From NCBI GenBank assembly GCA_045604285.1, contig JAZUNS010000122.1, positions 1-61,994 on the forward strand: 61,994 nucleotides of DNA, read 5' to 3'. Source of the DNA: Eubacteriales bacterium. GTDB taxonomy: Bacteria > Bacillota > Clostridia > Oscillospirales > CAG-382. The notes beneath the pieces are model-generated. The model saw only the letters and a program-made list of their open reading frames with translations. It was not told where the DNA came from and did not search any database. Below are positions 20,201-29,664 of the stretch, in pieces. The position numbers were made by a program, and so were the translations under genes. How positions within the stretch are numbered: position 1 is the first letter of the stretch; each line of letters opens with the position of its first letter.

Positions 20201-21469
20201 CTATACCTCCATCGCTTCAAGAGCTTTCCGTCCAATATCCTTGCGATAATACGCATTGTCAAAACTGATTTTACCTACGTAAGAGTATGCCTTCGTAATT
20301 GCATCATCAAGTTTATCAGCCGTCGCAGTAACGCCCAAAACTCTACCGCCGGAAGTTACAAGCATATCATCCTTTAATGCTGCACCGGCAACGTAAACGC
20401 AGTCTGCAACCTCTGCAGGGATTGTGATCTTAAAGCCCTTATCATATTTCTCCGGGTAACCATTAGAAGCCATTATAACACAACATGCGCTTCCGTCATA
20501 GAACTCAACATCAAGAGTTGAAAGCTTTTCTTCTGTAACAGCCTTCATAACGGTCAGCAAATCAGTTTTCAACAATGGGAGCACAACCTGAGTTTCAGGA
20601 TCACCAAAGCGACAATTATACTCAATAACCTTGGGACCGTTAGGCGTAAGCATCAAGCCAAAATACAGACAACCTTTAAAAGTCCTGCCTTCAGCATTCA
20701 TTGCTTTTACTGTAGGCATAAAAATAGTTTCCATACACTCCTTGGCGATAGCATCGGTATAATAAGGGTTAGGGGCAACCGTTCCCATACCGCCGGTATT
20801 TAATCCGTTATCACCATCTTTGGCACGCTTATGGTCCATAGAAGAAACCATGGGGCAAAGCGCCACACCGTCGGTAAAGGCCAAAACTGATACTTCGGGG
20901 CCGGTCAAAAATTCTTCAATTACAATTTTGTCACCGCTTTTGCCAAAAACCTTATCTTCCATAACGGAAGCAACGGCTGCAAAAGCTTCTTCCCTTGTTT
21001 GTGCAATAATTACACCCTTGCCCAACGCCAAGCCGTCAGCCTTGATAACCGTAGGAATAGGAGCATCTTTCAAATATTCAAGAGCGGCTGCTGCATTATC
21101 GAACACTTCATATTTTGCAGTGGGAATATTATATTTTTTCATTAAGTCTTTGGCAAAAACTTTACTGCCTTCAATAATAGCGGCTTCAGCCCTCGGACCG
21201 AAGCAAGGAATGCCCTCGTTCTCCAACGCATTAACAGCACCCAAAACCAACGGATCGTCAGGAGCAACTATGGCATAGTCGATATTATTTGCTTTTGCAA
21301 ATGCACAAATGCCATCTATATCCTTGGCACCTATGTCAACACAAACAGCATCAGAGGCAATCCCACCGTTACCGGGAAGCGCATATATATTATCAACTTC
21401 GGGGTTTTCTTTTATCTTCTTTATGATGGCATGTTCGCGGCCGCCACCGCCGACAACCAATACTTTCAT
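20201..21469 (-). CDS. purD: Phosphoribosylamine-glycine ligase
   Basis: MKVLVVGGGGREHA.. and an ATP-grasp body. ATG 21469 (GAGGTG upstream) is preferred over the 25-codon longer ORF. Confidence 0.95.
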   Translation of the reverse strand: MKVLVVGGGGREHAIIKKIKENPEVDNIYALPGNGGIASDAVCVDIGAKDIDGICAFAKANNIDYAIVAPDDPLVLGAVNALENEGIPCFGPRAEAAIIEGSKVFAKDLMKKYNIPTAKYEVFDNAAAALEYLKDAPIPTVIKADGLALGKGVIIAQTREEAFAAVASVMEDKVFGKSGDKIVIEEFLTGPEVSVLAFTDGVALCPMVSSMDHKRAKDGDNGLNTGGMGTVAPNPYYTDAIAKECMETIFMPTVKAMNAEGRTFKGCLYFGLMLTPNGPKVIEYNCRFGDPETQVVLPLLKTDLLTVMKAVTEEKLSTLDVEFYDGSACCVIMASNGYPEKYDKGFKITIPAEVADCVYVAGAALKDDMLVTSGGRVLGVTATADKLDDAITKAYSYVGKISFDNAYYRKDIGRKALEAMEV

Positions 21470-21486
21470 AAAAACACCTCTTCGTA

Positions 21487-22671
21487 TTAATGATGGAACA
21501 AACGCATTCCCGTGAATGCCATTACCATGCCAAACTGGTTGCAACGCGCAATAACGTCGTTGTCTCTAAGAGAGCCACCGGGTTCAGCAATATACTTAAC
21601 GCCCGTCATTTTAGCACGCTTAATGCTGTCATCAAAGGGGAAGAAAGCGTCAGAACCCAAAGAAACGCCGTCGATACCGTCAAGATATTCTCTGATCTCA
21701 GCATCCGTGAGAGGCTCAGGTCTTTGTGTGAAATACTGTTCCCATACGCCTTCTGCGCAAACGTCTTCTTCGTTTCTGTTAATATAGCCATCGATAACGT
21801 TGTCTCGTTCGGGTCTGGTAAGCTCAGGTCTGAAGGGCAAGGACAAAACCTTATCGTGCTGACGCAAAAACCAAGTATCAGCCTTAGTGGCAGCAAGACG
21901 GGTACAATGGATTCTGGATTGCTGACCGGCGCCTACGCCAATGGCCTGACCGTCAACAGCAAAGCAAACAGAATTAGATTGTGTGTATTTTAGAGTAATC
22001 AGGGATACAACCAAATCACGTATTGCTTCATCGGTGAACTCTTTATTCTCAGTAACTATGTTATTTAAAAGGTCGGGATCTATTTTAAAGTCATTTCTGC
22101 CCTGCTCAAAGGTTATGCCGTAAACTTGTTTTTTCTCAGAAGCTTCGGGAACGTAATTGGGGTCAATTTTTACGATATTGTAATTTCCCTTTTTCTTGGT
22201 CTTTAAAATCTCAAGAGCTTCGGGCTCATATCCGGGAGCGATAATGCCGTCGGACATTTCACGCTTAATAAGGTTAGCGGTAGTAACGTCACAAACGTCG
22301 GACAGTGCAATCCAGTCGCCAAAAGAGCACATTCTGTCTGTACCTCTTGCTCTGGCAAATGCGCATGCCAAGGGAGAATCGTCAAGCCCGGGGATATCAT
22401 CAACAAAACATGCTTTTTTAAGCTTTTCAGGCAAAGGTATGCCGACAGCCGCAGAGGTAGGGCTAACGTGCTTAAAAGACGTAGCGGCAGGCAAACCAAG
22501 CGCCTTCTTCAATTCGGATACTAACTGCCAAGAATTAAATGCATCTAAAAAGTTTATATAACCGGGTCTGCCGTTAAGAATTTCTATAGGAAGGTCAGAG
22601 CCGTCTGCCATAAATATTTTTGCAGGTTTTTGGTTAGGATTACAGCCGTATTTAAGTTCAAATGTTTTCAT
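21487..22671 (-). CDS. purH: AICAR formyltransferase (PurH transformylase domain only, no MGS-like cyclohydrolase domain)
   Basis: 394 aa (MKTFELKYGCNPNQ.., FKHVSPTSAAVG, GGSLRD). It matches the short AICARFT-only form, and the N-terminal IMPCH domain of bifunctional PurH is absent. Confidence 0.87.
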   Translation of the reverse strand: MKTFELKYGCNPNQKPAKIFMADGSDLPIEILNGRPGYINFLDAFNSWQLVSELKKALGLPAATSFKHVSPTSAAVGIPLPEKLKKACFVDDIPGLDDSPLACAFARARGTDRMCSFGDWIALSDVCDVTTANLIKREMSDGIIAPGYEPEALEILKTKKKGNYNIVKIDPNYVPEASEKKQVYGITFEQGRNDFKIDPDLLNNIVTENKEFTDEAIRDLVVSLITLKYTQSNSVCFAVDGQAIGVGAGQQSRIHCTRLAATKADTWFLRQHDKVLSLPFRPELTRPERDNVIDGYINRNEEDVCAEGVWEQYFTQRPEPLTDAEIREYLDGIDGVSLGSDAFFPFDDSIKRAKMTGVKYIAEPGGSLRDNDVIARCNQFGMVMAFTGMRLFHH

Positions 22672-22681
22672 TGTATTTACC

Positions 22682-23401
22682 TCATTTATTCTTATTAATC
22701 ATTCTGTTTTCAATAGAGCCGGTTTTAAGGTCAATATATCTTACGTAAAGAGAAATTTTATTTTGTTCATTAAGTGCATTCCACAAGCTGTTGGTAAAGG
22801 AATCTATATCATTTTCAATAGCAACTCTTTCAGGCTCGCCGCAAAACGTGGGAATGGGGTTGCCGTCACAAACGTAGGTGTGAAGGAAATGGCCAAGACC
22901 GGGAAGAGATACATAACTGTAGGTGAAACGATTGCAAGCGCTTCCCTTTTCGTCTGCGCTCTTTAAAATACTCATTTCGTAAGAGAAATCAGAAGTGTCA
23001 AACTTTAGCATTCCGCTTATTCTGGGAGTAAAATTAGGGGCGTCAGGCTCAAATTCACGGCTGGTAAGCGCTTCAGAAAAGCTCTTTCCTGCGGCAAGTC
23101 CGTCATAAACAGTATCGGTTTGATTTCCGTTAGTAACAATAAGGTAATTCTTATATTTTCTGATCGGAGAATAAATTATCAAGCTGGGATCTTCAACGGC
23201 AGACTCGTCAAACGGATGTATGATAACTTCATCGCCCTGTTCGACAAAAACGCGGTTTCTGCTGTTATTACTTCTACCCATAATAAAATAGGCAACGCAT
23301 GCTTTGGTTTCGTCGGGGGTTTTACCAATAACGATACCCCTGCCAACGTAGGCATTATCTTTAATCAATTCCGGGAGATTATTAATTTTATAAACATTCA
23401 T
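22682..23401 (-). CDS. purO: IMP cyclohydrolase, PurO (archaeal) type
   Basis: 239 aa. By eye, AYVGRGIVIGK...AYFIMGRSNNSRNR, TNGNQTDT and FTPRISG line up with PurO motifs. It lies directly upstream of the AICARFT-only purH. Confidence 0.78.
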   Translation of the reverse strand: MNVYKINNLPELIKDNAYVGRGIVIGKTPDETKACVAYFIMGRSNNSRNRVFVEQGDEVIIHPFDESAVEDPSLIIYSPIRKYKNYLIVTNGNQTDTVYDGLAAGKSFSEALTSREFEPDAPNFTPRISGMLKFDTSDFSYEMSILKSADEKGSACNRFTYSYVSLPGLGHFLHTYVCDGNPIPTFCGEPERVAIENDIDSFTNSLWNALNEQNKISLYVRYIDLKTGSIENRMINKNK

Positions 23402-23403
23402 TT

Positions 23404-24024
23404 TTATTTCTCTCTTTCTGACATAATTTTTTCACATACCTTTTCAGTAGCTTTGGGAAGTATCTTCCACTCTGCTAACTTCATAACTCTTTTTTGCAAG
23501 GTTTCGGCGGTATCGTTTGCCCTTATCGCAACGGCTTTTTGCATGATTATTTCGCCGCCGTCGGGTATTTCATTAACGTAATGAACGGTGGCACCGGTTA
23601 CTTTAACGCCATATTCCAAGGCGGCTTCATGAACTCGAAGACCATAAAATCCTTTTCCGCAAAAAGATGGAATGAGCGAAGGGTGAACGTTAATAATTCT
23701 TTTTTCAAAGGCATTGGTAAACTTTTCGCTTAATATAGACATAAAGCCGGCGAGAACAATTAGCTCTATTCCTTCTTCATGTAAAGTGTTTATCAAAGCA
23801 TCCTCAAATTCCGAATGGGAAGAATAATTGCTTTTAAGAATTACTTTTGTAGAGATTCCTGCTTTCTCAGCTCTTGTCAATGCATACGCATTGCTGTTGT
23901 TGGATACAACCAAAGAAATGTAACCGTTTTTGATAATACCCGCATCCTGAGCATCAATTAAAGCTTGAAGATTTGTGCCGCCGCCGGAAACAAAAACTGC
24001 TATTTTAACTTTACTGTTCATCAC
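23404..24024 (-). CDS. purN: Phosphoribosylglycinamide formyltransferase
   Basis: IAVFVSGGGTNLQALID, NVHPSLIP and GATVHYV motifs. Confidence 0.93.
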   Translation of the reverse strand: MMNSKVKIAVFVSGGGTNLQALIDAQDAGIIKNGYISLVVSNNSNAYALTRAEKAGISTKVILKSNYSSHSEFEDALINTLHEEGIELIVLAGFMSILSEKFTNAFEKRIINVHPSLIPSFCGKGFYGLRVHEAALEYGVKVTGATVHYVNEIPDGGEIIMQKAVAIRANDTAETLQKRVMKLAEWKILPKATEKVCEKIMSEREK

Positions 24025-24035
24025 TGCACCGCTTA

Positions 24036-25076
24036 CTAAGACAGAATAATCTTGTCATCGTTTTCGCAAATTTCACCGATAATATATGCAGACTCGCCAC
24101 AAGCATTAAGAACAGAAATAGCTTTATCTGCTTCATCTTTGGGAACAACTATGCTCATACCAACACCCATGTTAAAGGTATTAAACATATCTCTTTCGCT
24201 AATGCCGCCGGTTTTTGCGATAAGCTCGAAAATAGGAAGAATCTTTATTGCAGATTTATCTATCTTTGCACAAAGCCCGTTGGGAATGCTGCGGGGAATG
24301 TTTTCATAAAAACCGCCGCCTGTAATATGAGATATGCCCTTTACATTAACAGCATCAAGCAAAGCCAAAACGGGCTTTACATAAATTTTAGTAGGTGTAA
24401 GGAGCGTTTCCCCGATAGAGCCGGAAAGTTCAGCTACGTTAGATTTTATATCCTTATTTTCAACGTCAAATACTTTTCTAACGAGAGAGAAGCCGTTAGA
24501 ATGAACGCCGCTTGAAGGCAATGCTATTATAACGTCTCCGCTTGCCATTTTTTTATTATCTATGATCTTGTCCTTATCAACAACACCTGTGCAATAACCT
24601 GCAAGATCATACTCATCAACAGGATAAAATCCGGGCATTTCTGCGGTTTCACCACCAATAAGAGCAGCGCCGGATTGAACGCAACCATCACAAACGCCCT
24701 TTACTATATCAGCTATACGTTCGGGAATGTTCTTTCCGCAAGCGATATAATCAAGGAAAAACAAAGGCTTAGCGCCACTGCAAATGATATCGTTAACACA
24801 CATTGCAACGCAATCAATACCTACGGTGTCGTGTTTATCCATAATAAAAGCAATTTTAAGCTTTGTGCCAACACCATCGGTACCGCTGACTAACACGGGT
24901 TTACGTATACCTTCCAGATCAAGCTCAAACAAGCCACCAAAGCCGCCGACGTCGGAACATACTCCCTTAGTTATGGTTTTAGCTATATGCTGTTTCATCA
25001 ATTCGACAGCTTTATAACCGGCAGTAATATCAACACCGGCAGCTGCGTAGCTATCAGACTTAGATTGTAAATTCAT
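24036..25076 (-). CDS. purM: Phosphoribosylformylglycinamidine cyclo-ligase (AIR synthetase)
   Basis: YAAAGVDI.., [15 protein letters not shown] and ITGGG motifs. Confidence 0.95.
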   Translation of the reverse strand: MNLQSKSDSYAAAGVDITAGYKAVELMKQHIAKTITKGVCSDVGGFGGLFELDLEGIRKPVLVSGTDGVGTKLKIAFIMDKHDTVGIDCVAMCVNDIICSGAKPLFFLDYIACGKNIPERIADIVKGVCDGCVQSGAALIGGETAEMPGFYPVDEYDLAGYCTGVVDKDKIIDNKKMASGDVIIALPSSGVHSNGFSLVRKVFDVENKDIKSNVAELSGSIGETLLTPTKIYVKPVLALLDAVNVKGISHITGGGFYENIPRSIPNGLCAKIDKSAIKILPIFELIAKTGGISERDMFNTFNMGVGMSIVVPKDEADKAISVLNACGESAYIIGEICENDDKIILS

Positions 25077-25080
25077 AATT

Positions 25081-26505
25081 CTATTCCTTTCCGTTCCAAC
25101 AATATGTACATAATTTACAGGGTTCTATCCCTATCGCTTCGCAAACACCTTTAAGAGACTGAAACTCTAAAGATGCAAAGTTGAATTTTTTAGCTATCGC
25201 CTCTCTGAGCATTTTACCTCTCTCGGTGGAAGCGTCGCTATATTCTTCCAAATGTTTGCTACCCTCTTCACCTTCAAGCTCATAAACAACACGTCTTGCA
25301 ATAAGCTCCATCTCGTCTACAGAGCGTGAAAAATTAAGATATTTACATCCATACATTATAGGGGGGCAAGCTGAACGCATATGGACGGTTTTTGCGCCGT
25401 TATCGTAAAGAAAATCAACGGTTTCTTTAAGCTGGGTCCCTCTCACTATAGAGTCATCCACAAAAAGAAGATTTTTATCAACTATTAAATCGTGGACAGG
25501 AATTTGCTTCATTTTAGCTACCTTATCCCTATCCTTTTGATTGGATGGCATAAAGCTTCTTGGCCAGGTAGGAGTATATTTAATAAAGGGTCTTGCAAAA
25601 GGGATTCTGCTTTGATTTGCATAACCGATAGCATGAGGAGTGCCTGAATCCGGTACACCTCCAACATAATCGATGTCATCGCAATTGCCGTTTTCCATAT
25701 CTTGCTTTGCCATTATCTCACCATTGCGATAACGCATCAACTCGACATTAATACCCTCATAGCTTGAAGTAGAATATCCATAATACGACCACAAGAAAGC
25801 ACAAACACGCATTTCTTCACCGGGAGGAGAAAGTTGCTTTAACCCGTTACAGGTCAATTCTACTATTTCACCGGGGCCAAGCTCTCGCTCTATACGATAA
25901 TCTAACTTTTGGCAAGCAAAAGATTCAAAAGATACACAATAACCGTTATCGTTTTTGCCAACAATAACCGGTATTCTGCCAAGCCTATCCCTTGCAGCGA
26001 TAATAGAGCCATCGTCTTTTAAAATCAAAATAGAGGCAGTACCTTCTATGGCCTTTTGTGCAAACCTTATGCCTTCAATAAAATTGCTTTTTTGATTTAT
26101 CAGTGCAGCAACCAGCTCAACCGTATTTATTCTGCCGCCGGTCATAGCTCCAAAATGCCCGCCGCTAAAAGACAAGTATTGATTAATAAGCGCTTCGGCA
26201 TTATTAATCACACCAACTATACTAATTGCATAGGTTCCGATATTAGAACGAATCAACAACGGTTGAGGATCGGTATCACTAATACAACCTATGGCAGAGC
26301 GTCCTTTCATTTCATCAAAAACGTCTTCAAATTTAGTTCTGAACGGCGAGTTTTGTATATTATGTATTTCTCTTTGTAAACCGATTTTATCGTCAAATGC
26401 GGCCATACCGCCGCGTTTTGTTCCTAAATGAGAATGATAGTCCGTACCAAAGAAAACGTCCATTATTGCGCTTTCTTTACATACGGCACCAAAAAAGCCA
26501 CCCAT
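25081..26505 (-). CDS. purF: Amidophosphoribosyltransferase homologue lacking the canonical N-terminal Cys
   Basis: The PRTase domain is intact ([13 protein letters not shown]) and a C-terminal Cys cluster is present (CKLCTYC). The N-terminus reads MGGFFG instead of MCG[IV]FG. GGAGG lies 5 nt upstream of the ATG. Confidence 0.85.
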   Translation of the reverse strand: MGGFFGAVCKESAIMDVFFGTDYHSHLGTKRGGMAAFDDKIGLQREIHNIQNSPFRTKFEDVFDEMKGRSAIGCISDTDPQPLLIRSNIGTYAISIVGVINNAEALINQYLSFSGGHFGAMTGGRINTVELVAALINQKSNFIEGIRFAQKAIEGTASILILKDDGSIIAARDRLGRIPVIVGKNDNGYCVSFESFACQKLDYRIERELGPGEIVELTCNGLKQLSPPGEEMRVCAFLWSYYGYSTSSYEGINVELMRYRNGEIMAKQDMENGNCDDIDYVGGVPDSGTPHAIGYANQSRIPFARPFIKYTPTWPRSFMPSNQKDRDKVAKMKQIPVHDLIVDKNLLFVDDSIVRGTQLKETVDFLYDNGAKTVHMRSACPPIMYGCKYLNFSRSVDEMELIARRVVYELEGEEGSKHLEEYSDASTERGKMLREAIAKKFNFASLEFQSLKGVCEAIGIEPCKLCTYCWNGKE

Positions 26506-26529
26506 TTTTACCTCCGTAAATTATCTTAC

Positions 26530-27024
26530 TTACTTATTGAATTCAGCAGCAACAGCTTCATCCTTAGACAAAACGACCGCCGCATCAGCATTTCTTTTTT
26601 CCACAAGACGATCGTGCAACCCCTTATCATCAACCGCTAAAATCTGTGCAGCAAGCAAGGCTGCGTTTGCGCCACCGTTTACTGCAACGGTAGCAACGGG
26701 TATGCCCGTAGGCATTTGCACTGTTGAAAGCAGCGCATCCATGCCGTCAAAGCAGCTTGATTTACAGGGAATGCCAATAACCGGTAATACAGTATTGGCA
26801 GCAATAGCGCCCGCTAAATGTGCCGCCATACCAGCTGCGGCAATGATTGCGCCAAAGCCTTTGTCGTAGGCGTTAACAGCAAAATCTTTAGCCTGCTCAG
26901 GCGTTCTGTGCGCTGAATAAACGTGTACTTCGAAAGGGATTTCCAAGGCGGTCAACATATCCGTCGCCTTTTTTATGATAGGAAGATCGCTGTCACTCCC
27001 CATAACTATTCCAACTTTTTTCAC
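26530..27024 (-). CDS. purE: N5-carboxyaminoimidazole ribonucleotide mutase (class I-like PurE)
   Basis: [10 protein letters not shown] and AGMAAHLAG motifs. GTG 27024 has GGAGG 7 nt upstream, so the longer ORF start at 27057 is rejected. Confidence 0.9.
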   Translation of the reverse strand: MKKVGIVMGSDSDLPIIKKATDMLTALEIPFEVHVYSAHRTPEQAKDFAVNAYDKGFGAIIAAAGMAAHLAGAIAANTVLPVIGIPCKSSCFDGMDALLSTVQMPTGIPVATVAVNGGANAALLAAQILAVDDKGLHDRLVEKRNADAAVVLSKDEAVAAEFNK

Positions 27025-27041
27025 AATTAAACCTCCAACAT

Positions 27042-27084
27042 AACAGAAAGGGCGCACTTACCCCTCTAAGGAGTAAATGTGCCC
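27042..27084 (-). terminator. Expression-platform terminator of the ZTP riboswitch
   Basis: Minus strand GGGCAC-A-UUUACUCC-uuaga-GGGGUAA-GUGCGCCC followed by UUUCUGUU. Its 5' arm (GGGCAC) overlaps the conserved 3' CCGUCUGGGCAC element of the aptamer. Confidence 0.75.
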
Positions 27085-27165
27085 AGACGGTCGGCATACA
27101 AACTAACCATGTCCGTTCTGCTTCCTTGTGGTGTCCCACTTATCCGTCAGTCACAGAATCGGCTA
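27079..27165 (-). promoter_or_regulatory. ZTP (pfl motif) riboswitch aptamer
   Basis: Minus strand ..UUCUG-UGACUGACGGAUAA-GUGG-gaca-CCAC-AAGGAAG-CAGAA..(hairpin linker)..ACCGUCUGGGCAC. This matches the pfl consensus GUGACUGGCG ... CCGCCUGGGCA, with compensatory GACGG/CCGUC pseudoknot pairing. It sits upstream of a pur operon. Confidence 0.8.
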
Positions 27166-27176
27166 AACCTATAGAT

Positions 27177-27206
27177 ATTTTATCATAACATTGTATGAAT
27201 TGTCAA
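27177..27206 (-). promoter_or_regulatory. Putative sigma-A promoter of the pur operon
   Basis: Minus strand TTGACA - 18 nt - TAAAAT, beginning 16 nt after the pyrB stop. Confidence 0.5.
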
Positions 27207-27222
27207 GGCACTGATATATTAC

Positions 27223-28299
27223 TTAGCGTGATTTTGTCTCGCAATACAAACAGCGATACGTTTTATTCGCTTCATCCGTTAGAACAAATTTGTGCTGAAG
27301 CTCCTGCTCCGTAGCGGTTATACATCTGGGATTGTCACATACAAGATCGGTACGATGTGCAACCTCACATGCCATTTCTTTATTTTCAGCTTCCTTCAAC
27401 AGTTTCAAAATCAACGCCATACGCATATATTTTCCGTTAAGCACCTGTTCAAAATATTTCGCTCTCGGGTCATCGTCAACCGCTACGCTTATTTCGTTAA
27501 CACGGGGCAACGGATGAAGTATACACATATCTTTTTTTGCATTTACCAACTTATCCGGCGTTAAAATAAAGCTGTTCTTTAAGCACTCGTACTCGTCATT
27601 ACTTGCAAAGCGTTCACGCTGCAGTCTTGTCATATAAAGAACGTCAAGTTCAGGCATAGCCTCCTCAAGGCTGGAAACCTGCTTATAAGGCATACCGTTC
27701 TTTTCCAGAACGTCTTTTCTTATATATCCGGGAAGCGTAAGCTTATCAGGGGCAATTAATACGGTATTTACTTCTGTATACCTCGAAAGAGCCGAGATCA
27801 ATGAATGAACCGTTCTGCCATATTTAAGGTCACCGCAATAACCAATAGTAATTTTATTAAGACGGCCCTTGCAACGGTATATTGTAAGCAAATCCGCAAG
27901 CGTTTGCGTAGGATGGTTATGCCCACCGTCTCCGGCGTTAATAACAGGCACCGTAGCATTTCTTGAAGCAACGTACGGAGCGCCCTCTTTATAATGACGC
28001 ATAACTAAAATATCGGCATAACAGCTTAAAACCTTTGCTGTGTCCGCAACGCTTTCACCCTTTGCTGCAGAAGAACTGTTGGGCTCTGAAAAACCTATAA
28101 CATTTCCGCCAAGCTCGTACATAGCCGCTTCAAAGCTTAATCTTGTTCTGGTAGACGGCTCAAAAAACAAAGTAGCAAGCTTTTTTCCTTTGCATATTTC
28201 AGAATATTTAGCAGGATTGGCAATGATATCCTTAGCTGTGGCGATCAAGGAATCAAGCTCTTCAACGGAAAAATCGTTTATACCAATTAAACTTCTCAT
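27223..28299 (-). CDS. pyrB: Aspartate carbamoyltransferase catalytic chain fused to a PyrI-type zinc domain
   Basis: Catalytic motifs [21 protein letters not shown] and [10 protein letters not shown]. An extra ~50-aa C-terminal tail, [14 protein letters not shown]...YRCLYCET, has the Cys4 pattern of the PyrI C-terminal domain. Confidence 0.9.
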   Translation of the reverse strand: MRSLIGINDFSVEELDSLIATAKDIIANPAKYSEICKGKKLATLFFEPSTRTRLSFEAAMYELGGNVIGFSEPNSSSAAKGESVADTAKVLSCYADILVMRHYKEGAPYVASRNATVPVINAGDGGHNHPTQTLADLLTIYRCKGRLNKITIGYCGDLKYGRTVHSLISALSRYTEVNTVLIAPDKLTLPGYIRKDVLEKNGMPYKQVSSLEEAMPELDVLYMTRLQRERFASNDEYECLKNSFILTPDKLVNAKKDMCILHPLPRVNEISVAVDDDPRAKYFEQVLNGKYMRMALILKLLKEAENKEMACEVAHRTDLVCDNPRCITATEQELQHKFVLTDEANKTYRCLYCETKSR

Positions 28300-28323
28300 A
28301 AGTTTTACACTTTCTTTATAGAA

Positions 28324-28953
28324 TTAGCCTATCCAGCTTTCATCGGAAGGATTATTTCTAAAAGCGATAAGACGTGCTACGTCTTCAGATTTAATATATC
28401 CTTCTTTTGCTGCAACCTCGACCACGGTATCAAAATCTGTTAAAGAAATGTTCTTAACATTAGCTTCTGCCATTCTGTCAAGACCCTTTTTCATTCCGTA
28501 AGTAAATATACTTACTATACCCAAAACCTCGGCACCTGCTTCTCTTAAAGCGTTTACAACTTCAATAACGCTGCCGCCGGTAGAAATCAAATCCTCAACA
28601 ACAACTACTTTTTGACCTTTTTCAAGCTTACCCTCGATCTGATTGCCTCTGCCGTGATCTTTAGCGCCGGAACGTACATATCCCATAGGCATATCAAGCA
28701 AATGACCGGTTATTGCAGCATGGGCTATACCGGCAGTTGATGTACCCATTAGAACCTCGGCTTCGGGGTAATTTTCCTTAATCAACTCAGCAAGACCGTT
28801 TTCTATATCGTTTCTTACTGCGGGAGCAGTAAGGGTCAATCTATTGTCACAGTAAATAGGACTTTTGATTCCGCTTGCCCAGGTAAAGGGTTTATCGGGG
28901 CTGAGAAAAACAGCCTTAATGGACAATAAGTCTTTTGCGATTATATTCTTCAT
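28324..28953 (-). CDS. pyrE: Orotate phosphoribosyltransferase
   Basis: PRPP loop [16 protein letters not shown] 28953 has GGAGG 5 nt upstream, and the TTG at 28965 is itself part of that RBS. Confidence 0.92.
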   Translation of the reverse strand: MKNIIAKDLLSIKAVFLSPDKPFTWASGIKSPIYCDNRLTLTAPAVRNDIENGLAELIKENYPEAEVLMGTSTAGIAHAAITGHLLDMPMGYVRSGAKDHGRGNQIEGKLEKGQKVVVVEDLISTGGSVIEVVNALREAGAEVLGIVSIFTYGMKKGLDRMAEANVKNISLTDFDTVVEVAAKEGYIKSEDVARLIAFRNNPSDESWIG

Positions 28954-28965
28954 AATATCCTCCAA

Positions 28966-29664
28966 TTAATCAACAAAATCAGCAACACATCTGTTATATG
29001 CAGCTACAGGATCTTCAGCGGCGGTAATAGGTCTACCGACAACAATGTAGTCAGAACCTTCAATCTTCGCTTGCGCAGGCGTCATAACACGCTTTTGGTC
29101 ACCGATATTACCATCAGCAAACCTCACACCGGGAGTAACCGTTAAGAAACTGTCGCCGCAAGTTTCGTGAACCTTTTTTGCTTCCAAAGGAGAGCAAACA
29201 ACGCCATCCAAACCCGAAAGCTTAGCGTTTTCGGCATAATGCATAACAACCTTATCAATAGGCTCTTTTATCAACAAATCGTTTTCAAGGCTTTGCTGAT
29301 CGGTGGAAGTAAGTTGCGTTACTGCAATAAGCAGAGGTCTTGAGCCATCGGGACGGGTTAATCCCTCAATTGCAGCTTCCATCATAGCCTTGGTGCCTGC
29401 TGCATGTAAATTGCACATATCAACGTCCAACTTGGACAATACAGCCATAGACTTTTTAACGGTATTGGGAATATCGTGAAGCTTCAAATCCAAAAAGATT
29501 TTATGTCCACGTGCTTTGATTCCCTTAACTATATCGGGGCCTGCGCCGTAAAAAAGCTCCATACCTATTTTTACAAAAGGTTTTCTATCACCAAACTTAT
29601 CAAGAAATTCAAAAACTTGTTCTGCGCTTGCAAAATCACAAGCAACTATTACGTCTTTACCCAT
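28966..29664 (-). CDS. pyrF: Orotidine 5'-phosphate decarboxylase
   Basis: VACDF.., KIGMELF, FLDLKLHDIPNT and VVGRPI motifs. Confidence 0.94.
   Translation of the reverse strand: MGKDVIVACDFASAEQVFEFLDKFGDRKPFVKIGMELFYGAGPDIVKGIKARGHKIFLDLKLHDIPNTVKKSMAVLSKLDVDMCNLHAAGTKAMMEAAIEGLTRPDGSRPLLIAVTQLTSTDQQSLENDLLIKEPIDKVVMHYAENAKLSGLDGVVCSPLEAKKVHETCGDSFLTVTPGVRFADGNIGDQKRVMTPAQAKIEGSDYIVVGRPITAAEDPVAAYNRCVADFVD

Noticed and set aside
21470-21544. N-terminal extensions of ORFs beyond the first good RBS (purD to 21544, SBP to 48702, purE to 27057, pyrE to 28965, pyrK to 31309, RR from 60087, metA from 21)
   Set aside because: In each case an internal ATG or GTG sits 4-9 nt downstream of a GGAGG-like RBS and coincides with the conserved N-terminus or signal peptide. 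The extension overlaps the upstream gene or the RBS itself.
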